A stretch of 64,000 nucleotides of DNA. Source: Octopus vulgaris (Eukaryota). Below the pieces are notes generated by a model. That model was not told the DNA's origin. It did not search any database and worked only from the letters and a program-made list of their open reading frames with translations. The stretch is taken from contig OX597823.1 in NCBI GenBank assembly GCA_951406725.2, positions 25,482,001-25,546,000 of the forward strand, given 5' to 3'. The position numbers were made by a program, and so were the translations under genes. Numbering within the stretch: the first letter of the stretch is position 1; each line of letters opens with the position of its first letter. This document shows, in pieces, positions 40,061 to 54,844 of this stretch.

Positions 40061-40515
40061 TTATATTAAATTAAAACCACTAATAGGCAAATCAAACAAT
40101 GAAAAACTTAAGCCAATACATAAAATTAATTAATTTATATTATTTTAAATATATATCAAAAGTATTAAAAGATAATGAGTAAAACACTACGATCGTTTCA
40201 TGGCTGTCCAATTCGTAATAATTCGAGTTATGGTTACAGTCAATCTTCAGGTAATTGAAATATTTATCTATGCTAAACCTCGCTAAGATAAATAGTTTAA
40301 TTACCTGAAGATTGACTGTAACCATAACTCAAATTATTACGAATTGGACAGCCATGAAACGATCGTAGTGTTTTACTCATTATCTTTTATTAAACTTTTA
40401 ATACTTTTGATATATATTTAAAATAACATAAATTAATTAATTTTATGTATTGGCTTAAGTTTTTCATTGTTTGATTTGCCTAATAGTGGTTATATCTCTA
40501 ATTTAATATAATATA
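40056..40515. repeat. Palindrome with arms of about 220 bp, each carrying a hammerhead motif
   Basis: Arms 40056-40273 and 40282-40515 are near-identical reverse complements. CTGAAGA at 40305 and GAAACGATCGTA at 40356. Confidence 0.9.
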
Positions 40516-40592
40516 ATATTTTACTATAAAATTGGATTCAATCCTAAATCTGATTTTTTCCCTGTAAGTTTGGATTTATTCCCTAATATTTT

Positions 40593-40638
<46 letters not shown>

Positions 40639-40699
40639 ATATATATATATTCAAAACTATATATATATATATTCAAGACTATATATATATATATATATA

Positions 40700-41110
40700 T
40701 ACTGTTGTGTCTGGGGAGAGTCATTTTCGTTTTGTGCCTTATAATTTAACACACACACTGGTAAAATTTCCACTTATTTCTTATTTTTATTTTCCTAAAA
40801 TTTTCGTTGCATCTTACAACCTTTTCAATAGTCTTGACTCTGTCCATTATTTACACTGCGTTCCTTTTTGTTTATTTGTGCGCATGTGTGTGGGTCAGTG
40901 TGTGTTTGTGTGCCTATGCATGCATGCATGTACGTATGTATGTGTATATGTATGTATGCATGTGTATGTATATATGCGTGTGTGCATCTGTATGTATGTA
41001 TCCTGCATAGTCATGTGCTTGCATGTTTGTATTTGTGTATTTTCTATGTATGTGTGTGTGTGAGTGTGTGTTTGTATATGTATGCACCTCTGTCTATCTG
41101 TGTGTGCGTG

Positions 41111-41148
<38 letters not shown>

Positions 41149-43598
41149 GCAACTATGTACCATGTTTGTATGTATGGATGGATGTGCATCTCTATATGTG
41201 TGGATCAGTGTCTCCATATGTGTCCTTATGTGGAGTAAAGTGTGTGTGTGTATATATGGTCATGTGTGTCAGTCTTCATTTGCGTATGTGTGCTTGTCTG
41301 TTCTTATAACCTATGTACCTAGCCGTCTGTATGTTGATTTGTTTAATTTCATATCCATATGCTTACATACAAAAAAAAAGAAAAAACACACATGTGCATA
41401 CACACACACTCACACCCACCCACACACATACATACATATATCTACATAACAGTTCACTAACTATTCTACTCTACCTGTGTAAACTGTGAGTATACTATGT
41501 ATATTTCCTATTTAGTATTAGGCTATTTTGTATATGGGAATGTTGTGCAACATACTCCAACCTATAAAAAGGACGGCACACAATTTCCAAGCATTCAACA
41601 ATGATATTCCTACACTATATGGGTTACGCAAAGACCACAAACCTTACTTAAACCGTGTCGCGGGGCCCCCAACCAGACCAGTTTGCGGAGCGAACATCTC
41701 CAGCAACTATAGACTGTCCTACTTCCTCTTACAGGTATTGTGACATCTCCGGATGTGTGTGAGTACGGAAGATCTCCTCAGTAAAAACAGTATTTGTAAC
41801 CACTCCAGCGACCTCGCAGGTTGTATAGTGGGTAGTATGGATGTAATATCACTCTACCCATCTATAGACATAGATTTTGCTGTGAAGAAATGCATTCAAG
41901 TAATCTGTGAAAGTAAAGTGGAATAGAGAACTGGGCCTCCTCCTCAGACTATGCTATGACGGTAACTATTTAGATGACCATGACCTTAGTAGATTCTGCC
42001 CCACCAGGTCACAGAAGGGAAGACCACCCACCATCACTTCGGCAGTGAAGAAAAGCACCACATAGTAAAGTTTAACAAAAAACTATACTTGCAGGTTCAA
42101 GGTGCAGTCATCGGTGTAGGTATAGCTGGAGATGTGGCTGGCTATTCATGATCTGATGGGACAGAAAATTTAAACAAATGTTAGCAGAACAGTCCACAAC
42201 ACTTCTACTCTACAGTAGATATGTAGATGGCATTAATATCATAGTTAGGACCAACTCTAGTGACGGTAATATAGAAATTGAGAAGAATGTAATGGAGAGC
42301 ATCCAGCAAATAGCTAACTCCATCCACCAAAGTATCAAGGTAACTATAGATTACCCCCACTAAGCACCCCAACAACAGACTCCCTGTACTTGATACTGAA
42401 CTTTGGTTAAAGACTGTGAACAATAGAGTGCAGCTCCTTCACTTTTATTACATGAAACCCATAACTTCAAAATATGTTGTTCACAAGAACTCAGCTTTGT
42501 CACATAACATGAAAATTAACATACTGATAGCAGACATAGAATAATGAATAATGTGTCCCCACTATGCGAACCCTATGAAATGAAAAAACATATACAGAAC
42601 TTCATGCACCGCATGCAGTTCTCTGGATATGATCAGAAAGATAGGGTTCGAGTATACAAGGGGGCTAGTAGGAAATTAGACAACATTATACGTAATGATA
42701 TCAGTGGTACCTGCCCTAGATATAGAAACATAGAATGGAATAGAATACAAAGAACTTGTGACAAAGCAAACAGGGTGAACACGTGATATAAAACCGACAA
42801 ATATCAAGAAGTGATGTTTGTAGAGGCCACAGCCCACGGAGAACTAACCCGTAGATTTAGAAAAGCTCTGAAGGCGACCAAACTCAACATTAAGATTGTT
42901 GAAAAGCCAGGGAACTCCGTCAGATCACGACTATGTGTTGTTTCTTTGAGAATACCATATGCCCCAATGATAACTGCATGGTATGTAGGATTAACCCTGG
43001 CATTAACTGTAGAACTCGAAATGTAATTTACAGCATAAGATGCATAGAAGGTGCTTGTAAAGAAATGAACATGACGTACATAGGGGAGACATCTAGGAGC
43101 ATTGCGGAACGAATGAATGAACATCTGAGACAATATGACGACAAAAAACAGTCCTCCATACTCTACCAACATGCCAAAGACCACCATGGAGGCAACTAGG
43201 GTCAACTTGACATCCGCATCTTATCCAAGCACCCAAAAGACCCAACACTCAGACAAATACGGGAGTACGTCCTTATGAATGAAACCTCCCCAATACTAAA
43301 TAGGAAATATACATAGTAGATATAATACCTCCATACCCACAGTTTACACAGGTAGAGTAGAATAGTTAGTAGACTGTTATGTAGATAGATGTATGTATGT
43401 ATGTGGGTGGGTGCGAGTGTGTGTGTATGCAGATGTATTTTTTGTATGTAAGCGTATGGATATGAAAATAAACAGATCAACATACAGACAGATAGGTACA
43501 CAGGGTATAAGAACAGACAAGCACACATACGCAAATGGAGACTGACACAAATGACCATATATACACACACATACTTTACTCCACATAAGGACACATAT
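40700..43598 (+). mobile_element. Penelope-like retroelement (RT plus C-terminal GIY-YIG) with an inverted 5' pLTR
   Basis: 'PTLYGLRKDHK..RPVCGA', 'GSMDVISLYPSI', 'YSRYVDG', 'NCRTRNVIYSIRC...YIGETSRSIAERMNEH'. Region 41215-41519 is inverted relative to 43292-43598. Confidence 0.9.
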
Positions 43599-43599
43599 A

Positions 43600-44728
43600 T
43601 AAATAGGATTTGACTACACCTCCATTTAGATCACAGTTTAAGCTATCTTTTCGTGGAAGAAGGTTTATGTTCCTATAACCTGTGTTAATTCTGTAACCCT
43701 TTAAAATGGAAGATAACAAAGTTCATTTTCGGCAATTGACGCTTTTCTTTTCCGTAAAGGGAAAAATGCTTCACAAGCAACCAAAGAAATATGCGCAGTT
43801 TACGGTGATGTTTCTTTATCCGAAAGAACTGTACGGAAGTAGTTCGCAAGGTTCCGAGCTTAAGATTGTAGCCTTATTGATAAAGACGGATCAGGCAGAC
43901 CATCTACTACATGACCAAATCAAGTCATTAATTGAAAATAACCCACATTGCACAACTCAAGAATTGGCAGAAAGCCTCAACCTATCAAAATCCGTCGTTC
44001 ATGAGCACCTGGGTACATAAATCGCAACGATGTTTGGGTACCACATGAGTTGAATGAGAAAAACCTTTTGGATCGCATCTCCATCTGTGATTCGCTTTAT
44101 AAGCGGAATGAAAATGCACCTTTTTTAAAGCAAATTGTGACAGGTAATGAGAAATGGCTTATCTACCCAAAAGCGTGTCTTCACACTAAAAAAGTCTTGC
44201 TTTGTGTCTGGTGGGATTGGAAAGGCATTCTGTACTATGAGCTTCTCCCAAGTAACCACACAATTAATTCTGAGAAATACTGCACACAACTGGACGAGTT
44301 AAAAGCAGCAATTCAAGAGAAACGTCCAGAATTGGCCAACAGGAAGGGTGTTGTTTTCCAACATGATAATTCAAGACCGCACGTTTCTTTGGGAACCAGA
44401 CAAAAATTGCTGCAACTCGGCTGCGATGTGTTACCCCAACCTCCATATTCACCAGATATTGCTCCTTCGGATTTATACTTATTCAGGTATCTGCAGAATA
44501 GTCTTAATGGTACAACTTTCAATTCTTTGGATGACGTAAAAAGATACCTTGATGAAATCTTTGTCATGAAACCTCCTCAATTCTGGGAAGAGGGTATTTT
44601 CAAGTTAAAGGAAAGATGGAAACGCATTGCGCAACAAAATGGTTCATATTTGGTTAATTAAAAATGTAATGGCAAGTATTTATTGAACTTTTTCTTTCCT
44701 TTAGAAATCGACACGAACTTTTCGGACA

Positions 44729-44732
<4 letters not shown>
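43600..44732 (+). mobile_element. Mariner transposon (D,D34D), left TIR lost, internal deletion
   Basis: ORFs 43706-44661 with 'WVPHEL', 'TGNEKW', 'HDNSRPH' and 'YSPDIAPSD'. Right TIR ...acgaacttttcggacaaccc followed by TA. Confidence 0.92.
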
Positions 44733-44774
<42 letters not shown>

Positions 44775-45072
44775 AAATGGGACAAGAACACAAAACATTC
44801 AAATAGACTATACAAAAAACACGGACGGGTCATTCGAAGCCTCTAATCTTCAGTCAAGAACCGGATCATCCTCCCAATTTCGGCTGATTAATCATGAGAT
44901 TGCTCCAATTTGGCCAGCCCCCAAGGAAAAACTAACCTACGAGCATTAGATTTCTTGGAAAAAGGATCGAATGTGTACGAAACAAGGACAGAAAAACGGG
45001 CGATGTTACACGAATATAAATACAAAAAAACAACAAAAAATAATACGAATATAAATACAAAAAACAACAATA

Positions 45073-45307
45073 ATACTTATTCCATTTGCCAACATTACAA
45101 AGAGGGTAGATATATAGACAGAGAGGTTATTTTCATTATTAAGAACATGGTAGTAGAAGGTCCTTCCCCATGGGTAGATTGTTTATTACTCATATAAAAA
45201 ATCTGCCCATGGGGAAGGATCTTCTACTACCATGTTCTTAATGATGAAATTAACCTCTCTGTCTATATATCTACCCTCTTTGTAATGTTGGTAAATGGAA
45301 TAAGTAT
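45073..45307. repeat. Inverted repeat with arms of about 113 bp, followed by a hammerhead
   Basis: 45073-45186 versus 45194-45307, 7-nt spacer. Confidence 0.92.
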
Positions 45308-45346
45308 AAAAATGTACATTGTCTATTTAATTAAAAAATTCTATAT

Positions 45347-45432
45347 GTGGCTGAAGATTGCTCTACATTTTAAAACTGATGTAATATTTACATTGTTTAA
45401 TAAAATGAAGTAGTATGAAACGATTGTACTAC
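45347..45432 (+). ncRNA. Type I hammerhead motif with a long stem II
   Basis: gtgg-CTGAAGA-ttgct...agtat-GAAAC-gatt-GTA-ctac. Confidence 0.6.
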
Positions 45433-45461
45433 ACTACCTTGGATATCCTTGTTGCTTATTT

Positions 45462-45540
<79 letters not shown>

Positions 45541-45800
45541 ATATATTCTTTTATTCTTTTACTGGTTTCAGTCATTTGATTGTGGCCATGCTGGGGTACC
45601 ACCTTGAAGGATTTTAATCAAACAAATTGACCCCAGAACTTATTTCTTTTAAGTCTAGTACTTATTCTATCATTGTCATTTGCTGAACTGCTAAGTTACG
45701 AGAATGTAAACACACCAACACAGGTTGTTAAGCAGTGATGGGGAGACAAACACAGACACACAGAGATGCATTATATATATGTATGTACATATATTTATAT

Positions 45801-45875
<75 letters not shown>

Positions 45876-47339
45876 GATGTATATTCAGTTTCTGTCTACT
45901 TAATCCACTTACAAAGCAGCCCAAGGTAGTAGAAGATACCTGCTCAAAGTGCCACATAGTGAGACTGAAACTGGAACCATGTGAAACAAAAAACACCAGA
46001 AAGCTATTCAATGACACAGGGAAACAACCAACTCAGTTCACTGGACACCATATGAGAAAACAAAGTTTTGAGCACTTGGTGACAATTTGGAAACTGAAAT
46101 AAATAAATCAGAGAAGCCAGAAGGACTTGAAAGCCTGGCCCAATAATGTGCTAGAAAGACTACCCCAATAACGTACTGTGCGTTAGACATAGAGGCAGGG
46201 AAGTCCAAGACTGTTAGAAGAAAGAGATTTAACCAAGTGTTTCTGGAAGGGACTTAAGGAATGAGTTTCGGCAATGCCTAATCAATTCTGAAAAGCATGG
46301 TTTCCACAAGTGTGAAAATATTTAATATAATGAAAAAATTATCATGAAGATATATAAGTATTTAAAGTGAAATAGAAATAAAACATTTGTAAAATGTAGA
46401 ATTTTCATATCTGCTGCATCACATCAGATATATGGATATAGTAATATAATAACATAACATTGTAATAATTTAACATATAGCATAACAACAACATAATAAT
46501 CACATAATAATATAACAGCATAACGTATAGTAAAAACAGAGCAACTTATTAACAAAATTATAACAATATAAGATAATAATATAGTATAGTTGCTGTATAA
46601 TTAGTACTTACAAATTAAACTCTACAGTTTATATTTAGCTCATTGGTTTCTGTGTACTTCTGATTGAATCTTGAAAGTTAGACAGGAGAGGAATAATCAA
46701 CAGATAGTGCCTTATTATCTTTATTGTTAGCTCCAAGTTGTCCCTGATCTGGCAGACAGACCTATGATTCCATAAATGTCCTTAACAGTGGTAAATGATA
46801 TATTTTTAAATACAGTGGGGGAGTTTGCAACAGGAATGAATGCTCTTCAAGTTCACAAATCTGAAGATATCAATGAGATAGTAATTGTTCTCTGCTTCTA
46901 GGTTTTTACTTATTACAAACTTGTATCTCACAAATGTTCTCTTTCAAGGCATTATTACACTAAAATTCTTGATCACTTCTTTCTGCATGGTACACAATAA
47001 ATCATTAATTTATTGACAGAGATGTATTAGCCGTAGATGTTAATTTGGAAACTTTGGAAAGCAAGTGGTAGACTGATTAAAACAGAACATGTTATGTTTA
47101 CTGCTTATGTAACATTAATGGTTTGTAATTCAGAAAGAATGACACTATGCACAGAATAATATATTATAGCTATGAAATAATTATATACATAAATGTATTC
47201 TGACACAGCTGGCCATTTATTTAAAATGGCAACTTTCATTGTAAATACCAGTTAAGTTTGTTTAATCAGCTGTAAATAATTATTAGAAAACCCAGTAATA
47301 TACTAATAATTATCTTTACAATAGATAATGGCTGTTCAC

Positions 47340-47577
47340 TTCTTATTTCTTTATTTCCCACAAGGGGCTAAACATAGAGAGGACAAACAAGGAGAGACAA
47401 AGGGATTAAGTCGATTACACCAACCCCAGTGTATGACTAGTACTTAATTTATCGAACCCAGAAGGATGAAAGGCAAAGTCAACCTCAGCAGAATTTGCAC
47501 TCAGAACATAACAGCAGACGAAATACAGCTAAGCATTTCACCTGGCATGCTAACGTTTATGCTAGCTCATTGCCTTT
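47340..47577 (-). mobile_element. SINE with the Tx1-like LINE tail, CpG-decayed
   Basis: Same head, core and tail as 5578-5810, with many CG>TG/CA changes. Confidence 0.85.
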
Positions 47578-49408
47578 CGGTTTCTACTTAATAAAGGAGT
47601 AAAGAATACATTACAAAACATTATCAATAACTGTAAAAAAGACACAAAAATAGATTACCTATACAGTGGTAACTGATCATGCAAGGGACAATATTCACTA
47701 ACCCACACAATTTCTTCAACAAAATGTGCAATTATTCCTCAACATGCAAACACACTGTGATACCTATTTCAACACCCCTGAATAGTGCAATATACCTATG
47801 GCCAAACTACATCATCCTATAAATACTATCTCCCGTTGCTCAGTCTATGCCCCAAAAAATATGCACAGACATCTCAGAAGTAATTAGGCACCACATATTA
47901 TAACATTTAGACAGTGTGGATATTACTCATAAGTACAATTCCCAAACTGGTTAAATAACGAAAAAAAACTGCAAAAATCATGTCTACCAAATACAAGATT
48001 AAGTATTTAAAAGCATCAAATGACACTAGTTTGTTTTGAGATATAAATCTTTCAAACATGATAGTGTCTATTTACTTCAGAGATGTCTATGTATATACAA
48101 AACTATGAGAAAGTAACACACATATTATTAGATTTACAATCTACCAACTAAAAATATCGACCACCTCACATCAGAATTTAAACAACATTATTTACTATAA
48201 TGTTGTAGAAGTAAGTTGCAAATTATCAAGACAGTAAAGCTGGGCAGATGGATCTATAATACATAAATGGGGAATGTCATCCTTCTCCAAGGTAAAAACG
48301 TCATGCTCAAATACACTATACCCAGCAATTTTCTCTTTTTATATTTTGTACATGTGAGTGTGATAATGTTTATGTACAACATTTTTCTTTCCACACTTAA
48401 CTTTTAAATGTATGATATTAAAAAAATTTAAAGTGAAAAGGCTTCCAATTAAGCCAGTGTAATTCATGTTTTAAATTGAATGAATGAATTGAACGAAGTA
48501 GTTATAATAATGATTTTCACTATTGATACAAGTGAAACAATAACAGACCTCCATTACCAGGCATGACTATATGGTAAAAAAGATTGCTTCATTCACAAGT
48601 AGTTTCAGGTTCAATTCCACAGCACAGAACTTTTGATAAATTTTAGCCTCAAATGCTTTGTGAGAGTAATTTGTTCAATTAGACATCTCATCAAGCTCAC
48701 CATGCGTGTATACATGTATCTTTGTGTATTTGTGTTTGTGTGAGTGTTTGTCACAGCACCAGTTATCAGAACCAGAGTTGTATAAGGAAAAGTGTAACTT
48801 AGTGAATGATTCAACAAATTTATATCAATGGTACACCTCAGACTAAAATAAATACCTATGTCCATGATATCGACTAAAATCCTTCAAATTGGTACCTCAG
48901 CCTTGTCACAATCTAATTACTGAAGCCAGTAAAAGAATAAAATAATATCCTGTAACTATACCAACTTAAGAGAATGATTTAAAGAGTATACACCGATATT
49001 AACTTTACTAACTCAGAAGGAATACTTTCTCCTTAGCCAATATTTCTTCCAACAAAATAGTAGGGAAATATCTGAAAAGAATCCAATCAAAACACAAAAG
49101 CAACATTTGGTAAACCAACATGTGGGAAATTGTATTTCACATAATGACAAAACGCAAAAACATTTAAGTTCAATGATAAGATTGTACAAACATGTTTGGG
49201 ATGACAAACACTGATCCTAGACAGAATAACCATACTAAAAACCTAGTATGATGTATCAATTCAGCTTTATAACATCTTATTTAGAGGTTTACTCCTATGC
49301 AAACCAGAAGCAAGAAATTTCTACCACATGTCTGCTCAAAAGGTAGAAAGCAGCATCTGACAACAAAACTAAGCCATACAAAAACAAAACTGAAGATATT
49401 AGTGACAA

Positions 49409-50194
49409 CTAGCAGTATCACCCGGCGTTGCTCGGGTTTGTAAGGGAAATAACTATATAAGCATTTTTAGAGAGTTACTTCCCTTATATAATAGCAAGAA
49501 AATGCATTAAAAATGGGAAAAAATGATGGTAAATTTTTTTTTAAATTGTAGACTCATCGTAGACGCGCGCTAATACCCAGAAGGGCTCGATATGAATTAC
49601 GACTATAAGATACCCACTTTTGGTTACACTGCACCGCAAAATGTAGGAGTAGTTAGGAATCTAAATCGTAGGAGACAGACACACAACTTCACTTTTATAT
49701 ATAACTAGCAGTATCGCCCGGCGTTGCTCGGGTTTGTAAGGGAAATAACTATATAAGCATTTTTAGAGAGTTACTTCCCTTATAGATGCCAATTCGGGCT
49801 TTCTTAGCCATTTCTGTTTTGGTGTCTTCAAGCCATGAAGTCATTGTTCTAAAAGAATGCTGGTCTCCTTGACAACGCTTTACGACGTTGATTTCCTTAC
49901 ACTCAGGGGGAGAAGCAAACAGGTGCAGGTGTGACCATGGACGCCGACTCCGCCGCCATCGACACACGAAAAATTATGCATTAAAATGGAATAAAAAATT
50001 ATGTTAAATTATTTTTAAAATCGTAGACTCATCGTAGACACGCGCTAATACTCAGACGGGCTTGATATGAATCACGACTATAAGATACCCGAATTTGGTT
50101 AAACTGCACTGCAAAATGTGGGAGTAGTTAGGAATCTAAATCGAAGGGGACAGACACTCACACAACTACAGTTTTATATATATAGATATAAAGA
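49409..50194 (-). mobile_element. Two non-autonomous Helitrons, the second (49705-50186) nested in the 5' end of the first
   Basis: Two CTAG/hairpin 3' ends (49409, 49705) and two TC 5' ends (50186, 50194). Confidence 0.85.
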
Positions 50195-50341
50195 TATTGC
50201 TGACTGCAGAGAATTTCTTTGAGATATCATTTCATAAGATATGATGTGGTAGACAGCAACTTTTAGTAAATATAAAAAAAACACAGTCAAACATATTGAA
50301 ACAGATGGCTCAAAAGAACGTTGGTGGAACAGAAAAATAAT

Positions 50342-50533
50342 ATTTACATTATTTACATTATTTTCATTATTTATATTTGACGGATATTTCTCCTCATTTT
50401 GTCCTGATGAAGGCCTGAGGGTATATCAGCTGAAATGTTGTGTTAACCACAAACAAGATGAGGACAAAAATCTGTCAAATGCAAATAATGTAAATAATGT
50501 ACATAACTGCTCATCTCTTAAATATAGAACTGT
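50342..50533 (+). mobile_element. Truncated copy of the hammerhead-bearing SINE/pLTR element, with an inverted 5' arm
   Basis: CTGATGA at 50404. Tail homologous to 57361-57490. Region 50342-50402 is inverted relative to 50453-50500. Confidence 0.75.
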
Positions 50534-51499
50534 ATTAGATAAATAATATAAACAACCAAATTAAAACACAACTTACCTGGTATTGTATATGATAATAAAA
50601 TAGAAACATGCTATTGTGGAAATCATTTCCTGACATGTGTTAATGTGCTAAAAATAAAAGACCTGCACACCAAATACACTTTCGGCATTATAACTGTTAT
50701 CATTGGAGCAATGATCTGCTTGGATTAACCTGGGTTCTTGATTAAAGAATATAGCTCCATAATTCATACCCCACAGAAGATACGTCCCCTTGGTCATGTC
50801 AAAAACGATAAAAATCTTCTGGACCTTAAAATTTAAAGCATAAATGATTGTGCAAAAAACAAAACAAACATATTGTATGCATATCTTTCCTTAACAACCT
50901 TGCCACTGAACAGATGGCCAGTCAAATAATCTACCAAACTCCAGTTAGGAAAAGAAAACAACACCTTATTAGCCGGTAGAATTACAAGAGATTTAGGAAA
51001 ATACTTTATGATATTTTCTGGCTCTTGACATTCTGATTTCAAATCCTTCCAATATCAACTTTGCTTTTCATCTTTTCAAGGCTGAAAGAATAAAGAACCA
51101 ATCAAGACAATGGAATCAGCTAACCCACTCCTTTCAAAAATTTTTAACCCTCTCCCTAAATCAGAAACCATTATTATCCTTATGCTGTTGTTTTGTTTTA
51201 TACAATCTGTTCCTGAGTTTCACCAGAGACCTCAAGTAATAGCAAAGTTGGACATTTTACTGTGGGTTTTAATCATGAAAAGCAATGACATATTCCAAGG
51301 AAAGGAGACCAAATATTCGGAATTAAAATTCCATTAAGAGTTTGTGGTAATATTTGTGATTTTACAAGTTTCATGTATTCTCAAAGTATTGACCTTCGGA
51401 TATGGGCTGTACCTATCATCATTATCATTTTTTAACATCCATTTCCCATTCTGCCTTGGGAGCAATTTTTTGTAGTTCTGACACTTTGCAATTTCCTGG

Positions 51500-52790
51500 T
51501 ATTTAACCATATTATTTGAGTATACTATCTGGTAACATACCTAAAGCTCCACTTATCACAGATACACTTGTCATTCTTAGATGCCACATTTTTGAAATCT
51601 CTATTTCAAGGTTCTTGTATTTAGCTAACTTTTTAAATTATTTTCACACAGGTGTTGTAGTCTGCTGAGTTTGATGTATCTCTGATTTTGTCAATGAGAT
51701 TTTTCACCACAATATCTGTTCTATTGGCCAGAATAGCTTGATCTGTTTGAATACCAAAATCCCAGAGAATAGTGACAATGTCTACTTTCTACTATTTTGG
51801 TAAACTTATATTCCCACCAGTTCTTTTCATATGGGAGTCCAAATTGTTGGTAAATAGTCCAGTGCAAATACTGACCAAGTCTATTATGGTGATTAGTATA
51901 CTCAGTTGTGGCTAACATAGGACAACCAGAGATTAGATGATCAGTTATTTGTCTGTTCATACCCCAAAAGTGGTAGGAAGGATCAGCACTCTTTTCACAA
52001 ATCTTGGTTTGGTAATTTCTAGTTGACAGATCTTGAGTTGCTATGATGAAGCCCTCTTTTTCTGATTTACATTCAGATGCAGACACACTAATGAGTAATA
52101 TTTATATCAATATCAGAATCACTGACCCCTGTAGAGTATTTACCATGTAGTACCTTCATTTTCCATCTATTATGCAACTCCAAAATATCATTTGATTTAT
52201 ATATTTCTTTGTGTCTTCTGATTTTGTGTGTATTTTCTTAGTACTTTCATGTTTGCAGATTAGTTAAAGCATTCACTCACTAGTGTCTTTTAGATAAAGG
52301 TCTAACTCATGGTTGCTGTCTTTGACACAATTGCAGTCCACATCCTCTATCTTTTCAAGGGATATATACTTTGTCTTCATCTACCTTTGGGTGATGTGTG
52401 TAAAGCATTGCAAGAAAATTGCATATATTTGTGATAATCTTATTGATGGACCTTTTTATATTAAAACTGCATATCACAACAGGTATAGCTAGGGTATTGG
52501 TGGCCTCAGTCCTGTTTCTTGCATAAAATTTGCTTTTTAGGCTAGCTCTAACTGTAAGATTGCATTCTTTCAGTAGTTTCTCATGCATTCATATGCACTG
52601 GATGCCACCCCACTCACAGCACATAAACATTTGTATTTTCTTGAGGATCTAATTCCTTGATTATGATATTTTTTTTGTCTAGCTGTTTGTTGTACATTCT
52701 TTATGTTTTATCTTAATCCTATTATTCTTTATCCTTTAGAAAATGTGGCTTTAGCGCATTTATCAAGGCCAAATTCCATTTTAATATTGT
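51500..52790 (-). mobile_element. Decayed R4/Dong-like LINE
   Basis: 'EKEGFIIATQD', 'HLISGCPMLATTEY..HNRLGQYLHW', 'NTLAIPVV'. Confidence 0.75.
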
Positions 52791-54844
52791 TACTAAATTA
52801 TGGTTATTATTACCATTGTTATTGGCAGAATTGTAAGTATGCCAGAAAAAAATATATATACAAGGTATCGAAGGCCAATCTACAAAATGCTGAAACTTAT
52901 GAAGGAGATGACAAAGGACTGAGATATGTGGCACATTGCTGTACTCTAGAAGACCTACCCACCACAACAGAATTGAGATTCTAAAACCAAAGTGCCACAT
53001 AAAAGCACTAGTGTGTGTGCTAGTGCCACATAGATAGCACTGGTGTTGGTGCCACATAAAAAGCATGGGTGATGGTATCACATACAAAGCAACCAGTACA
53101 CTCTGTAAAGTGGTTGGCATTAGGAAGGGTATCCAACCATAGAAACCAAGCTAAAACAGACTATGGAACCTGGTGTGACCTCTAGCCTTGCCAGTTCCTG
53201 TCAAGCAGTCCAACCTATGCCTGTGTGAAAAACACAGATTAAATGTTGATGATGATGATAATGATGATGAAGATGATACACACACGCATGCATGAACACA
53301 CACACATACGTACGTACATACATACATACATACATACATACAACAAAAATATGAATGGATAAAATCATATCTTTAATTTGGGGCTCCACCATACGATGCC
53401 AACAATCATTTCTGGTGCATCATCATATTTAGATACAGAAAATATCAGTCAAACTAATATATACAAAATACATATTAATACGTTATCAAGGCAATCCAAA
53501 ATTGGTTAAATTGAAAGCAAACTAAAAAAATATCTTTAGTAGACAAAGGCATACAAAAAGAACATTTTCCACAATTGTATCACTTTGTACTCTTTTAACA
53601 CTGAGGGCTTTACTGATATCTGCCTGGATGTTTTAATCCCTTTTTCTTCTTATATATATTCATGCATACATATGTACACACACACACACAAGCATTCACA
53701 CATAAGCAATATCTATTTTATGCACAACACATAACTGAAATGATTTTGAATATTAGAAAGCCTTACAATGGACAGTAATAAGAGTGTAAATACATTCTTT
53801 GTATTAATCTGATGAATAGAAATGTTTATTGGCAGCTCTCATAAAAAAATATATCTGACTTCCTTAGGTACAGAAAATTATATCAGTCAAATACCAAAAT
53901 ATTAACCAGTTTCTGAATCTTAATTCAAAATTCATACATTAAATTCACATGTATAATGAATTGGAAATTATTTTACTTTTTGTATTTAATAATTTATTAT
54001 CTGTAGTTTTAGTCCGGGTGTGTAGTTTTTACGTTGCCCATCTGAATTGATCTAGTGTTAATGATTATGACTTTATGACCTAATTTCAAATTTAGATTGT
54101 TCATTCTTGATTTCTTTCATCAATTAAGGATTAGTTAATGTTTGTTCTTAAGTTGCACTATCTTTGAAAATTCATTTCATCATTGTCATCATCATCATCA
54201 TCATTTAATATCTGTGTTCCATGTTGGCATGGGTTGGATGATTCAACAGGCTCCAAGAAGCCAGGGGACAACATGTGTTTTGGTTTCTTATATAGTTTCA
54301 GTAATCAGTTTTCTAGTTTTATTGGAAATGGGGGTGGATTGATTCTATATGAAACGGTTGTATTTGCCAATTAACATATTTTTATTTAGTTTTTCTGTTT
54401 CTTTGAAGCACAATATGTTACAGATACGCATTTAAAAGATCAATATGAAATATAATGTCATGAAATTAAAATTTGTTTGTATACAAATTTGAAGTTTATT
54501 CTTCAGCTGATAGAATTATTCAGTTGTTAAGGATTTTGTTTTTTGTTTTTTTTTATTTTTTAATATATGATATATTATTAGTGTTAGTTTATGAATGGAT
54601 TTAATGTATGAGATGTTCAACTTTGTAATGAAACTAAGCATCAACTGAATCAAATTCATTTGTTTGGGAAGGCTTACAAAAGTGATAGATCTCTCTCATT
54701 CTCAAATTAATTATAAACTAGTTAACTTGTCTATAGATCCTTAACCAAATTTCCAAGAAATTATGTCATGAAGAATACATTGGATAATGTTAGATATATT
54801 ATGTCTGGGAAAAAGACGAGAGAATGTGACGAGAGTGCTTTTAA

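Noticed and set aside
41528-43330. In-frame TGA codons as selenocysteine recoding (Naiad-like)
   Set aside because: The TGAs fall at likely Trp positions, TAA/TAG stops and frameshifts also occur, and the EN is C-terminal.
49013-49072. Possible further exon of the upstream paralog
   Set aside because: The acceptor is good, but no frame resembles SLC18B1.
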